DNA of 45,618 nucleotides, from positions 1 through 45,618 of the forward strand of contig JAINCO010000058.1 of NCBI GenBank assembly GCA_036574095.1, read 5' to 3'. This DNA comes from Campylobacterales bacterium. Lineage in GTDB: Bacteria > Campylobacterota > Campylobacteria > Campylobacterales > UBA6016. A program made the position numbers and the translations under genes. Positions within the stretch are counted from its first letter, which is position 1; each line of letters begins with the position of its first letter. Shown piece after piece: positions 31,439 through 39,634 of the stretch. Below the pieces are notes generated by a model. That model did no database searches. It was given only the letters and a program-made list of their open reading frames with translations, and had not been told where the DNA came from.

Positions 31439-31745
31439 TCAGATAACATCTCCCATCTGAAGTTGGGATATACCACCAAACAATTGCCCCATGACGTGCC
31501 GCGTTCGAAAGGGGGCGTGGTCGGGGGCAATTGACATTTGGGTAGTCAATTCCTCCCGCAAAAAGTGGATTACAGCGCAAGACTCTTAAGAGTGTATCCC
31601 AAAGAGCTTGAGGCATCGTGCCTTGAGCAATCTGCCAGCGAGCATATTCTGAGCAGGTTGGATAGTAGCGACATGAGCCATAAGAGACAACGGTCAAATA
31701 GCGCTGATAGAACTTCAAAAATCCTAACAAAAGCCTTCTTATCAT
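31422..31745 (-). CDS. yidD: Membrane protein insertion efficiency factor YidD
   Basis: [27 protein letters not shown]; start reassigned to ATG 31745. Confidence 0.92.
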   Translation of the reverse strand: MIRRLLLGFLKFYQRYLTVVSYGSCRYYPTCSEYARWQIAQGTMPQALWDTLLRVLRCNPLFAGGIDYPNVNCPRPRPLSNAARHGAIVWWYIPTSDGRCYLIKALG

Positions 31746-31821
31746 ACAATACATTATACCACAAAGCTCTTTTTGAGAAATTGTGTTATAATCAACAATT
31801 CTCATTTTAAGGAGGCGTTAG

Positions 31822-32307
31822 ATGGGAGGATTGTTAGGATCGCTTCATCCTTTTTTTGTCCACTTTGCCGTGGCACTGCCAATTGTCGCCTTTGTTCTTG
31901 ATCTAGGTCATAGGGTGCGTGGTTCAGAGGTTTGGGCACGGTGTGCGATGATCATGATGATCGCGGGTGCTTTGATGGTAGCATTAGCGTTTTTTTCAGG
32001 TCATTTTGCCGAAGAGAGTGTTGAATCATTTTTAAGCCCTGCAGCCAAAGAGCTCTTTGAAACCCATGAGGTGATGGGTAAGGTGGTGATGGGGTTGATG
32101 CTCGTGCTTGCCGTTGCGAGACTCTATCTTGGCACCAAAGAGGCATCCTATATGCGCTCACTTTATTTGGGTGCACTGGCAATTGTGATAGCTTTGATTC
32201 TCTATCAAGGTAAGGTTGGCGGGGAGCTTGTCTATGAGCATGGTGTTGGAACAGTGTTGATGCAACAAAGCACCACTCAGCCTTACATGGAGGAAGAGGA
32301 GAGATAA
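31822..32307 (+). CDS. DUF2231-like membrane protein
   Basis: LHPFFVHF, H in a later helix, GGELVYEHGVG; AAGGAGG RBS; TGTTATAAT at 31784-92. Confidence 0.82.
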   Translation: MGGLLGSLHPFFVHFAVALPIVAFVLDLGHRVRGSEVWARCAMIMMIAGALMVALAFFSGHFAEESVESFLSPAAKELFETHEVMGKVVMGLMLVLAVARLYLGTKEASYMRSLYLGALAIVIALILYQGKVGGELVYEHGVGTVLMQQSTTQPYMEEEER

Positions 32308-32338
32308 AGCGTTGTGTGAGAAACGATGAAAGGCAAAG

Positions 32339-32869
32339 ATGAAGCGTAATAATATCGTATTAATCGGATTTATGGGGGTTGGCAAAGGGACAACAGCGCG
32401 TCTGGTGGCAAAAAAGAGTGGGATGATGGCGGTCGATACCGATGATTTGATTGAGAGCTTGACCAAAAAGCCGATCAGAAAGATTTTTGAAAAGCGAGGT
32501 GAGGCCTATTTTAGAGCCTTAGAGCAGCGTGTTGCCGATTGGCTTGCAACAAGTGTGGAGAATACGATCATTTCAACCGGGGGTGGCTTTTATAAAGTTG
32601 AGCGCCTGGGCGAGATTGGAACGATCATCTATCTAAGAGCAAGTTTTGAGTGGATCTATAATCGAATCGCTCTTCATCCTAACGCCAAAGCCAAATTTGC
32701 CAAGCGCCCTTTGTTTAAAGAAAAAAAACGGGCTCGCGAACTCTATGAATCCCGTAAAACTGCCTATGATGCGGCTGCTGATGTGATTATTGATGTTGAA
32801 AATAAAAGCAACGAGGAGCTTTTAGAGGAGATCTTTAGACTGGAGTGCTTTAGCCTAAAGCATCGTTAA
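32339..32869 (+). CDS. aroK: Shikimate kinase
   Basis: IGFMGVGKGT, DTD, GEAYFR, STGGG, RPL. Confidence 0.9.
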   Translation: MKRNNIVLIGFMGVGKGTTARLVAKKSGMMAVDTDDLIESLTKKPIRKIFEKRGEAYFRALEQRVADWLATSVENTIISTGGGFYKVERLGEIGTIIYLRASFEWIYNRIALHPNAKAKFAKRPLFKEKKRARELYESRKTAYDAAADVIIDVENKSNEELLEEIFRLECFSLKHR

Positions 32870-33285
32870 TGGGCTAACGCTCCTGTTTTGACGAGTTTAG
32901 CAAACTTGACCCCCTCAAGCCCTGCGATTTTGGTGGTGATGGCACGGATATCGGCCGCATCTCCTTGGAGAATGATCGTCTCTAAGCAGTTGTGGTGGTC
33001 AAGGTGAACATGGGTTGAGCAAAGAATGTGAACAGATGCATCATGTTGGATAGCTAGAAGTTGTTGGGTGAGCTCATGCTCGTGGTGATCATAGATCATT
33101 GTCAAAACACCCACTACCTCACCCTCATTCTCTTCCCACCGTCTCTCAAGGATCTGTTCGCGGATTAAATCTCGTATGAATTCACTACGCGAGACATATC
33201 CTTGATAAACGATTTCGCCATCAAGAGCCTTCAAAAGAGGCTCGGGCAAAGAGACTGAAAAGCGGATAAACTTATCTTGTTCCAT
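32866..33285 (-). CDS. nikR: Nickel-responsive regulator NikR
   Basis: RHH N-terminus RFSVSL..SRSEFIRDLIR; YDHH, QH, HVHLDHHNCLE. Confidence 0.96.
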   Translation of the reverse strand: MEQDKFIRFSVSLPEPLLKALDGEIVYQGYVSRSEFIRDLIREQILERRWEENEGEVVGVLTMIYDHHEHELTQQLLAIQHDASVHILCSTHVHLDHHNCLETIILQGDAADIRAITTKIAGLEGVKFAKLVKTGALAH

Positions 33286-33308
33286 CTTTTGAGTTTAGCA
33301 TAGAAGGA

Positions 33309-34277
33309 CTAAAAGATCGTTGAAAATGTGACGATGAGACGATAGCGCTCCTTTCCTTCCGCACCCTGCTGCTGATCCTCTTCATTTAAGTTTGTCCAGA
33401 ACGGTTTTTTAAGCCCAAGGGCAAAACTTGAGCTATCCTTAAACAAACGAACGCCAAGGAGTCCATAGAGAATCTGACCCCCGGTAGCTACGGCTGGTGT
33501 ACCATTTTCAATATCTCGCTCAAGCTTCAGATAATTGGCCTCACCCACAAGGTCAAGGCGAAACTTCTTTTCAGGCCATGTGATGGCGCGCCACGAGAGA
33601 GCCTCGGATAGGCGCTGTTCACTACCATACTCAATGGTTGATTGATCTTCAAAGGTATAGGGAAGAAAGTTGATCAACGAGAACTCAGTAGTACTTGTGA
33701 GTCGTTCACCAATCATTTTTGTTGCTGTAGCACCAACTATCCATGAGGGTTTGCCAAATCCTAAGGCCATATCGGTATTAAGTTGACCATTCTGGTAGAC
33801 ATTGGGCGTGCCTGTTGGTAGGGTGCCTCCTATATAGAGGGTAAAGTGCCAATCGGCCATCTCATCAAGACTTTCGCTTGCAGGGGTAAGCTTGAACCCT
33901 TCATCATATTTGAATCCCAAAACAGCCATGAGGCTTATGTCGGTAAAACCAGCCGTGTTGGCACTATTGCTCTCATCTTTTTTGACCGTATAAGGTAGAA
34001 AACCATAAAGAGAGAGCCATGGTGTTGCGCCATAGCCTAGCCCATACATCCAGTAGGCGTTACTCTTACCCTCCCGATCATCGGCAGGTGTGTAGGTTTC
34101 AAAGCTATTGTAATCAAGTTTCATCAATGCCAGCAAACTCCCCTCAGGAAGGGTCGCTGATGTCGAGGTCTCAACAGGGGCTCCAGGACCCTCTAAAGAG
34201 GCAGGGCCTAATGAGGCGACACCATGATGGGCCCATACGAGTGGGCAAAGAAGAGTAATAAGGGTAACATTACGCAT
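33309..34277 (-). CDS. Putative outer-membrane beta-barrel channel with N-terminal His-His
   Basis: Signal peptide then HHG; GFTD, TLPTG, LGFG pattern; amphipathic strands; terminal Phe; start ATG 34277 after AAGGAG. Confidence 0.7.
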   Translation of the reverse strand: MRNVTLITLLCPLVWAHHGVASLGPASLEGPGAPVETSTSATLPEGSLLALMKLDYNSFETYTPADDREGKSNAYWMYGLGYGATPWLSLYGFLPYTVKKDESNSANTAGFTDISLMAVLGFKYDEGFKLTPASESLDEMADWHFTLYIGGTLPTGTPNVYQNGQLNTDMALGFGKPSWIVGATATKMIGERLTSTTEFSLINFLPYTFEDQSTIEYGSEQRLSEALSWRAITWPEKKFRLDLVGEANYLKLERDIENGTPAVATGGQILYGLLGVRLFKDSSSFALGLKKPFWTNLNEEDQQQGAEGKERYRLIVTFSTIF

Positions 34278-34686
34278 GAAAACTCCTTTTGCGAGATTGA
34301 TAGAGAGCAACTAAGCCAAAAAGAGTACCTATGATCCCAAGGCCTGTGGCGATTTTGGCATAATGGCTCCAAAAATCGTCGGTTTGTGATTGGAGCGTTT
34401 CAGTGACATGAATTGTGACTGTCGCACCATGGCCGTTGGCGCTAAAGGCCTTGATTTTCCAGTTCCCGGGTCGATCAGGAACAAAGGCAAACCGCCCCAG
34501 TTTATCGGTTACCCCCGTTTGAAACGCTACACTCTCTCCTGGTGCATAAATCTCGACTGTCTCATAGGCAAAGGGGGTGTTGTCGGCATAGAAGAAACGA
34601 AGGGCATACGCGCCCTCGACGGGTGCATGAAGCAGCTCATGGGCATGAAGCATGAGGGCAACAAGGGTGATGAAGACGATTTTCAT
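34270..34686 (-). CDS. NikL-like accessory protein of nickel ECF transporter
   Basis: Signal peptide then His; FQTGVTDKLGRFAFVP..G.W.....GH; C-terminal TM. Confidence 0.7.
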   Translation of the reverse strand: MKIVFITLVALMLHAHELLHAPVEGAYALRFFYADNTPFAYETVEIYAPGESVAFQTGVTDKLGRFAFVPDRPGNWKIKAFSANGHGATVTIHVTETLQSQTDDFWSHYAKIATGLGIIGTLFGLVALYQSRKRSFHA

Positions 34687-35354
34687 GGGATGACCTTGAG
34701 GCTAAGGGTTGTGGTGGTGATAGTTGAATCGGCTTCAGGGCCTTGATAGGGGGTTGTGTGGCTTGCGCTAATAAGCACTAATCCTGCCTCGGGGAGAGTG
34801 AGGTTGATGCGCCCTTCTTGATCAGTGACGCCACGAATACGACTATTGACAGCCACGGGGGCATTGGGGATGGGGCGATTGGCTTTGATGAGTTGTAGGC
34901 GAATTCTCTCGCCCTTCTTCCAAGGAGAGGGTTTGGGGTTGGTGATGAGAAATTGTAAAAACTCTCCTAAGGCCTTGGTGCCACCTCGCTCAATCCACTG
35001 GGCAATCTCAAGACTTTTCCAAGAAGCAAGAGGAGTTGGGACCTCAGTTTTAGGAAGATGCTTGGTTCCATAGGGGGATTTTGTCCAAAAACCGCTATCT
35101 TTAACCACCAACAAAGCATTACAGCTTTTTGGAAGGCGCAAAGGTGTGGCCAAGGGACGAGGTAATGATCGGATGATGCCACTCTCATCACACAAAATGG
35201 TCGTGATGGAGCTGCTCTCATAAGGAAGAGTTGGTTCTTCATCGTGTGATTGGTAGTGACCATAAAAGAGGGTTAATTGACCATCTTTGGTATCGATCCA
35301 CAGATCATGGGCGCCAAGTGAAAGGGTGATGATAATGAGCCAAAGATAGCGCAT
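34683..35354 (-). CDS. DUF4198 / NikK-like periplasmic protein
   Basis: Signal peptide then HDLWI; YGH; TDQEG. Confidence 0.75.
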   Translation of the reverse strand: MRYLWLIIITLSLGAHDLWIDTKDGQLTLFYGHYQSHDEEPTLPYESSSITTILCDESGIIRSLPRPLATPLRLPKSCNALLVVKDSGFWTKSPYGTKHLPKTEVPTPLASWKSLEIAQWIERGGTKALGEFLQFLITNPKPSPWKKGERIRLQLIKANRPIPNAPVAVNSRIRGVTDQEGRINLTLPEAGLVLISASHTTPYQGPEADSTITTTTLSLKVIP

Positions 35355-35387
35355 AGCTTCTCCTAACTGCGAATTTTGCCTATTTAA

Positions 35388-35415
35388 GTAATATCAAGAT
35401 ACTTATCGATATTAT
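35388..35415. promoter_or_regulatory. Putative NikR operator in divergent nik promoter region
   Basis: GTAATA-N16-TATTAT (TAATATC..GATATTA symmetric), matching the hydA site. Confidence 0.7.
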
Positions 35416-35419
35416 TTTA

Positions 35420-35498
35420 ACGAATAGTCATTCATTTGTCAATAGATCATTCGTAACAATTTTTAGTTACAATTAATGTAAAATGAATTACAATTCAT
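35420..35498. promoter_or_regulatory. Two putative TetR-family operators
   Basis: ACGAAT-AGTC-ATTCAT (35420-35) and ATGAAT-TACA-ATTCAT (35483-98). Confidence 0.6.
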
Positions 35499-35520
35499 CA
35501 AATCGCACAAATGGTTTGTT

Positions 35521-36186
35521 ATGCATATACCTGATGGTTTTCTTTCTCCTATAACCTACGCAGCAACGACAGTAGCAGCCGCAGCACTGCTTTTTATTGC
35601 GTTTAAAAAGATTAGGGTCGGTGAGGAAGAGGAGCGATTGGGGCAGCTTGCGGCATCGGTATCGTTAGTCTTCTTAGGACAGATGATTGCCATTCCACTA
35701 CCTGGTGGGACGAGTGGTCATGCGGTAGGGGTTGCGATGCTAACATTGCTATTTGGGCCATGGCGAGCGATGGTTGCCATAGGCATCTTATTGGCGATTG
35801 AGGCATTGTTGTTTGGTAATGGCGGGGTAACAACATGGGGGCTTAATACGCTGGCGATGGGATGCGTTGGGAGCGTGGTGACTTGGCTTGTGTGGCAAGC
35901 AACATCAAGATGGCCGATACTATGGCGCTATGCCTTGGCTGGCTACCTCTCAGTCAGCGTAGCCTCGCTGTTGGTAGCCGTGGTACTTGGAGTGCAGCCC
36001 TTGATAGCCCATGATGCCTCTGGTCGGCCACTCTATTTTCCTTTTGGTTTGGAGGTGACCTTGGGGGCGATTACGGGGATGCATCTAGTGTTATTTGGAC
36101 CCCTTGAAGCAATTTTGACAGTGGGGGCGATGAAAGTGCTTACTAACGAACGGTTAGGAATAGGGTATGATCAACGAGAGGCTTAA
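35521..36186 (+). CDS. nikM: Ni/Co ECF transporter S component (NikM/CbiM family)
   Basis: Signature MHIPDG N-terminus, GGTSGHAVG; NikR/hyp context favours nickel. Confidence 0.9.
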   Translation: MHIPDGFLSPITYAATTVAAAALLFIAFKKIRVGEEEERLGQLAASVSLVFLGQMIAIPLPGGTSGHAVGVAMLTLLFGPWRAMVAIGILLAIEALLFGNGGVTTWGLNTLAMGCVGSVVTWLVWQATSRWPILWRYALAGYLSVSVASLLVAVVLGVQPLIAHDASGRPLYFPFGLEVTLGAITGMHLVLFGPLEAILTVGAMKVLTNERLGIGYDQREA

Positions 36187-36709
36187 GTTGACACTCTTGA
36201 TTGTATGGCTTATCTCTCTTTCGCTTGCGATGAATCAATGGTGGATGGTTGCTTCGCTTGTTGCGTCAAGTATCTATGGAGGAGCGAGAGTTGCACGGCG
36301 TGCTGCGCTGATGGGACTTATCTTTGGTCTTTTGCCTGGAGTGTTGGCTTGGGGGGTTATGCTTGTGGGCATTGGAAAAGAGGCCGATATAATCTTGTTG
36401 TGGCTTCGTGTGTGGTCGATGACATCCGTAGCGCTTGTGATAGCCTATAAGATCCACTGGGCTATGCTACTACGCCCCTGGCCGGCAGCAGCAATGGTGG
36501 TAGCGCTCATTGGGGCCCAAGCAGTTTGGCTCTCCCGTGAGCTTGAGAGCTTTTCAGAGGCTTCACGGGCGCGTCTGATGCGTCCGCCCACTCTAAGCGA
36601 GCGGCTATTGATGATACAGACACAACTTCGATTTTTTGCAATCAGAGTAGTCGTGCGCGCCCAAGAGGGGGTAATGGCGATGAAGGCGCGTGGGTATGGT
36701 TCTTTATAA
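36167..36709 (+). CDS. nikQ: ECF transporter T component (NikQ/CbiQ-like, short)
   Basis: Hydrophobic; SRAR and AMKARGY XRX motifs. Confidence 0.8.
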   Translation: MINERLKLTLLIVWLISLSLAMNQWWMVASLVASSIYGGARVARRAALMGLIFGLLPGVLAWGVMLVGIGKEADIILLWLRVWSMTSVALVIAYKIHWAMLLRPWPAAAMVVALIGAQAVWLSRELESFSEASRARLMRPPTLSERLLMIQTQLRFFAIRVVVRAQEGVMAMKARGYGSL

Positions 36710-37466
36710 GGTAGAGGACGCTGGGGTTTGTGTGCGTGGCAAGAGGGTGCTTGAGCCGCTGACCTTTTTATTAAAGGAAGGTTCAAAGACTCTTGTGCTT
36801 GGTGCCAATGGATCGGGCAAAAGTACTCTTTTAAAGTTGCTCGCAGGCATCATAAAGCCCTCAGAGGGGGAGATTTGGTTTAGGAATCGAACCATTTCTC
36901 AATGGCTTAAAGATGATCAGCGCTCGTTTCGTCGCTTGGTTGGTTATCTTTTTCAGCAGGTTGAGGCGATGCTTTTTAATCTTACCGTCTTTGATGAGAT
37001 TGCCTTTGGTCCTAGGCAACTGGGGATGGAGGGGGCGGAAGAGCGCACCTTGCAAATGGCGCGTACCCTGGGGATTGAAGAGCTATTGGATGAGTCGCCT
37101 TGGCGGCTATCGGGGGGTCAACAACAAAAGGTTGCGTTAGCTGCAATTCTGGTCACAGAGCCGCAGGTACTTTTGCTTGATGAGCCCACCAGTGCCCTTG
37201 ATCCTCGTTTTACCGGTTGGTTGATCGATTTTTTGGCTGATTGGAAGGGAACACTCGTGGTTTCAACCCACAACCTCTCCCTTGCAGGTGAGTTTGGTGA
37301 TCAAGCGCTTATCTTAAGCGAGGACCATCGGCTTTTGTTTGCTGGGTTGCTAGAGGAGGCGTTATCGGATGAGGCTTTGCTTAGGACGGCCAATCTTACC
37401 CATCGTCACCGCCACCATCACGGGGGGCTTACTCATTCTCATTACCATTTACATGATTGGAGTTAA
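36690..37466 (+). CDS. nikO: ECF transporter ATPase (NikO/CbiO) with His-rich tail
   Basis: GANGSGKST, EIAFGP, LSGGQ, LLLDEPT; tail HRHRHHHGGLTHSHYHLH. Confidence 0.9.
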   Translation: MGMVLYKVEDAGVCVRGKRVLEPLTFLLKEGSKTLVLGANGSGKSTLLKLLAGIIKPSEGEIWFRNRTISQWLKDDQRSFRRLVGYLFQQVEAMLFNLTVFDEIAFGPRQLGMEGAEERTLQMARTLGIEELLDESPWRLSGGQQQKVALAAILVTEPQVLLLDEPTSALDPRFTGWLIDFLADWKGTLVVSTHNLSLAGEFGDQALILSEDHRLLFAGLLEEALSDEALLRTANLTHRHRHHHGGLTHSHYHLHDWS

Positions 37467-37468
37467 CA

Positions 37469-38251
37469 ATGTGTCAAGAGTGCGGTTGTAGTTTACCAAA
37501 AGAGGGTCATCAGAGGCCAGGGCATCACCATAGCCATCACCATAATCATGATACCCATGCCCATCATGAGACCCTTCATGCTAATCCTCAGCTTAATGAT
37601 CCCAAAACGATCACCCTCATCACAAAAATTTTGGACGCCAATGACCGTGAGGCGGCTCACATTCGAGACCATTTTGATCAAGATGGCATCTTAGCGGTTA
37701 ATCTCATGAGTAGTCCCGGCAGTGGCAAGACGACACTACTTGAGAAGTTAGCAGAGCTTGGACTCTTTCGCTTTGCTGTTGTGGAGGGGGATTTAGAGAC
37801 AAGTCGGGATGCTGAGCGCTTGCAGGCCAAAGGGGTGGCAGCCCACCAGATTACCACAGGAAGTGCGTGTCATCTTGATGCTTTTATGGTCCATGAGGCG
37901 CTTCATCACCTTGATCTTACTGGTGTTGAGATTCTTTTTGTGGAAAATGTGGGGAATCTTGTCTGCCCGGCAAGTTATGATGTAGGGTGTCATCTTAATG
38001 TTGTCTTAGTAAGTGTCCCTGAGGGGGAGGATAAGATTGAGAAGTATCCGGTGATGTTTAAGGTGGCAGACCTTGTGCTTATTACAAAGACCGATTTATT
38101 ACCTTATATCGACTTTGATCCTAAGCGGGCTGTGGCGGAGCTTCGAAAACTTAACCCCCGTGCTGATGTGTTGCATGTGAGTGCCCATGATCAGGCAACA
38201 ATTCGCGCGGTGGCCGACTATTTATTGATGAAAAAACAACTAAGGGGGTAG
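37469..38251 (+). CDS. hypB: Nickel-insertion GTPase HypB
   Basis: MCQECGC, His tract, SSPGSGKT, ACHLDA, ENVGNLVCP, TKTD. Confidence 0.96.
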   Translation: MCQECGCSLPKEGHQRPGHHHSHHHNHDTHAHHETLHANPQLNDPKTITLITKILDANDREAAHIRDHFDQDGILAVNLMSSPGSGKTTLLEKLAELGLFRFAVVEGDLETSRDAERLQAKGVAAHQITTGSACHLDAFMVHEALHHLDLTGVEILFVENVGNLVCPASYDVGCHLNVVLVSVPEGEDKIEKYPVMFKVADLVLITKTDLLPYIDFDPKRAVAELRKLNPRADVLHVSAHDQATIRAVADYLLMKKQLRG

Positions 38252-38253
38252 GG

Positions 38254-38535
38254 ATGTGTCTATCAATTCCATCCAGAGTTGTTCGTCTGGAAGACGATAA
38301 TAGTGCAATAGTAGAGACACTTGGTGTGACGCGGCGTGTTGGTCTTGATTTGATGGCTGAGCCTGTGGCGGTTGGGGATTATGTGTTGATTCATATTGGA
38401 TATGCAATCAATAAAATTGATGAAGCTGATGCGCTTGCTAGTATTGAACTCTTTCGAGAGATTCTTGAGAAGATGGATGAAGAAGAGCGTACCGAAGCGC
38501 TTAATGGAGGCGGTGGTGAGATTAACGACCAATGA
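38254..38535 (+). CDS. hypC: HypC chaperone
   Basis: MCLSIP, GDYVLIHIGYA. Confidence 0.96.
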   Translation: MCLSIPSRVVRLEDDNSAIVETLGVTRRVGLDLMAEPVAVGDYVLIHIGYAINKIDEADALASIELFREILEKMDEEERTEALNGGGGEINDQ

Positions 38536-39631
38536 TCTTTTGGAGGGGTTTAGGCAGGCAGGAGTCATTCGCTACTATGCCCAACAAATCCATACGCTCG
38601 CCCAAAAGTTAACCGAACCGCTTAGGATCATGGAGGTGTGCGGCGGCCATACCCATACGATTATGAAGTATGGGCTGCCGCAACTGATGCCGGAAGCCAT
38701 CCGCTTTATTCATGGGCCAGGGTGTCCTGTCTGTATCATGCCCAAAGAACGAATCGATCATGCGATCACTTTAGCGCGCCAACCTGATGTGATTCTTGTT
38801 ACCCTGGGGGATATGATCAAAGTCCCAGGATCAATGGTGAGTCTTCAAAAGATTCGAGCCGAAGGGGCCGATGTTCGTTTTGTATATTCTCCGCTTGATG
38901 CCTTGAAAATCGCCACAGACCATCCCCAAAAAAGAGTGATCTATTTTGCCATCGGCTTTGAGACAACCACACCGATGACGGCTGCGCTGATTCAGCGAGC
39001 CTTGAGCGCTGGGATCGATAACCTGTTGGTACATGTGAATCATGTTGTGGTTCTTGAGCCAATGATGGCGATCATGGATGAGGGGGATGCGCTTATTGAT
39101 GCCTTTATTGGTCCAAGCCATGTGAGTGTCATTGCCGGAAGTAAGATCTATGAGCCTATAGCGGCGCGCTATCAGACTCCGGTTGTTGTAAGCGGGTTTG
39201 AGCCTGTTGATCTCTTGCAAGGGGTTGAGATGATCCTTCGCCAAAAGCTTGAGGGGCGCGCTGAGGTTGAGATCCAATACACGCGCAGTGTCACAAGGGA
39301 GGGGAATGTCAAAGCGCAAGAGATGATTGATACCTTTTTTGAGCGCGCCGAAAGCTTTCGGTGGCGAGGTATTGGGGATATTCCCCACTCCTCGCTTCGC
39401 CTAAAAGAGGCTTATGCTTTCTTAGATGCTGAACGCATCTATGGTGAGATTCTCCCTGCGCAATCAATCGATGATCATAAGCTGTGTCGTTGTGGTGAGA
39501 TTCTTAAAGGAAAAGTAGGTCCTTTGGAATGTCCCCTTTTTGGTCGCGCCTGCACCCCTGCAAATCCCATTGGTAGCTGCATGGTCTCAAGCGAAGGCGC
39601 GTGCGCGGCCTACTATAAGTATGCCCGCTAA
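38516..39631 (+). CDS. hypD: HypD
   Basis: MEVCGGHTH, GPGCPVC, GFETT, PSHVS, CMVSSEGAC; start moved to GTG after GGAGG. Confidence 0.96.
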   Translation: MRLTTNDLLEGFRQAGVIRYYAQQIHTLAQKLTEPLRIMEVCGGHTHTIMKYGLPQLMPEAIRFIHGPGCPVCIMPKERIDHAITLARQPDVILVTLGDMIKVPGSMVSLQKIRAEGADVRFVYSPLDALKIATDHPQKRVIYFAIGFETTTPMTAALIQRALSAGIDNLLVHVNHVVVLEPMMAIMDEGDALIDAFIGPSHVSVIAGSKIYEPIAARYQTPVVVSGFEPVDLLQGVEMILRQKLEGRAEVEIQYTRSVTREGNVKAQEMIDTFFERAESFRWRGIGDIPHSSLRLKEAYAFLDAERIYGEILPAQSIDDHKLCRCGEILKGKVGPLECPLFGRACTPANPIGSCMVSSEGACAAYYKYAR

Positions 39632-39634
39632 GGG

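Noticed and set aside
35355-35520. Cobalamin riboswitch / cobalt assignment for the cbiM-like operon
   Set aside because: Region is short and AT-rich without recognisable B12-box elements; NikR-like site and hyp linkage point to nickel.
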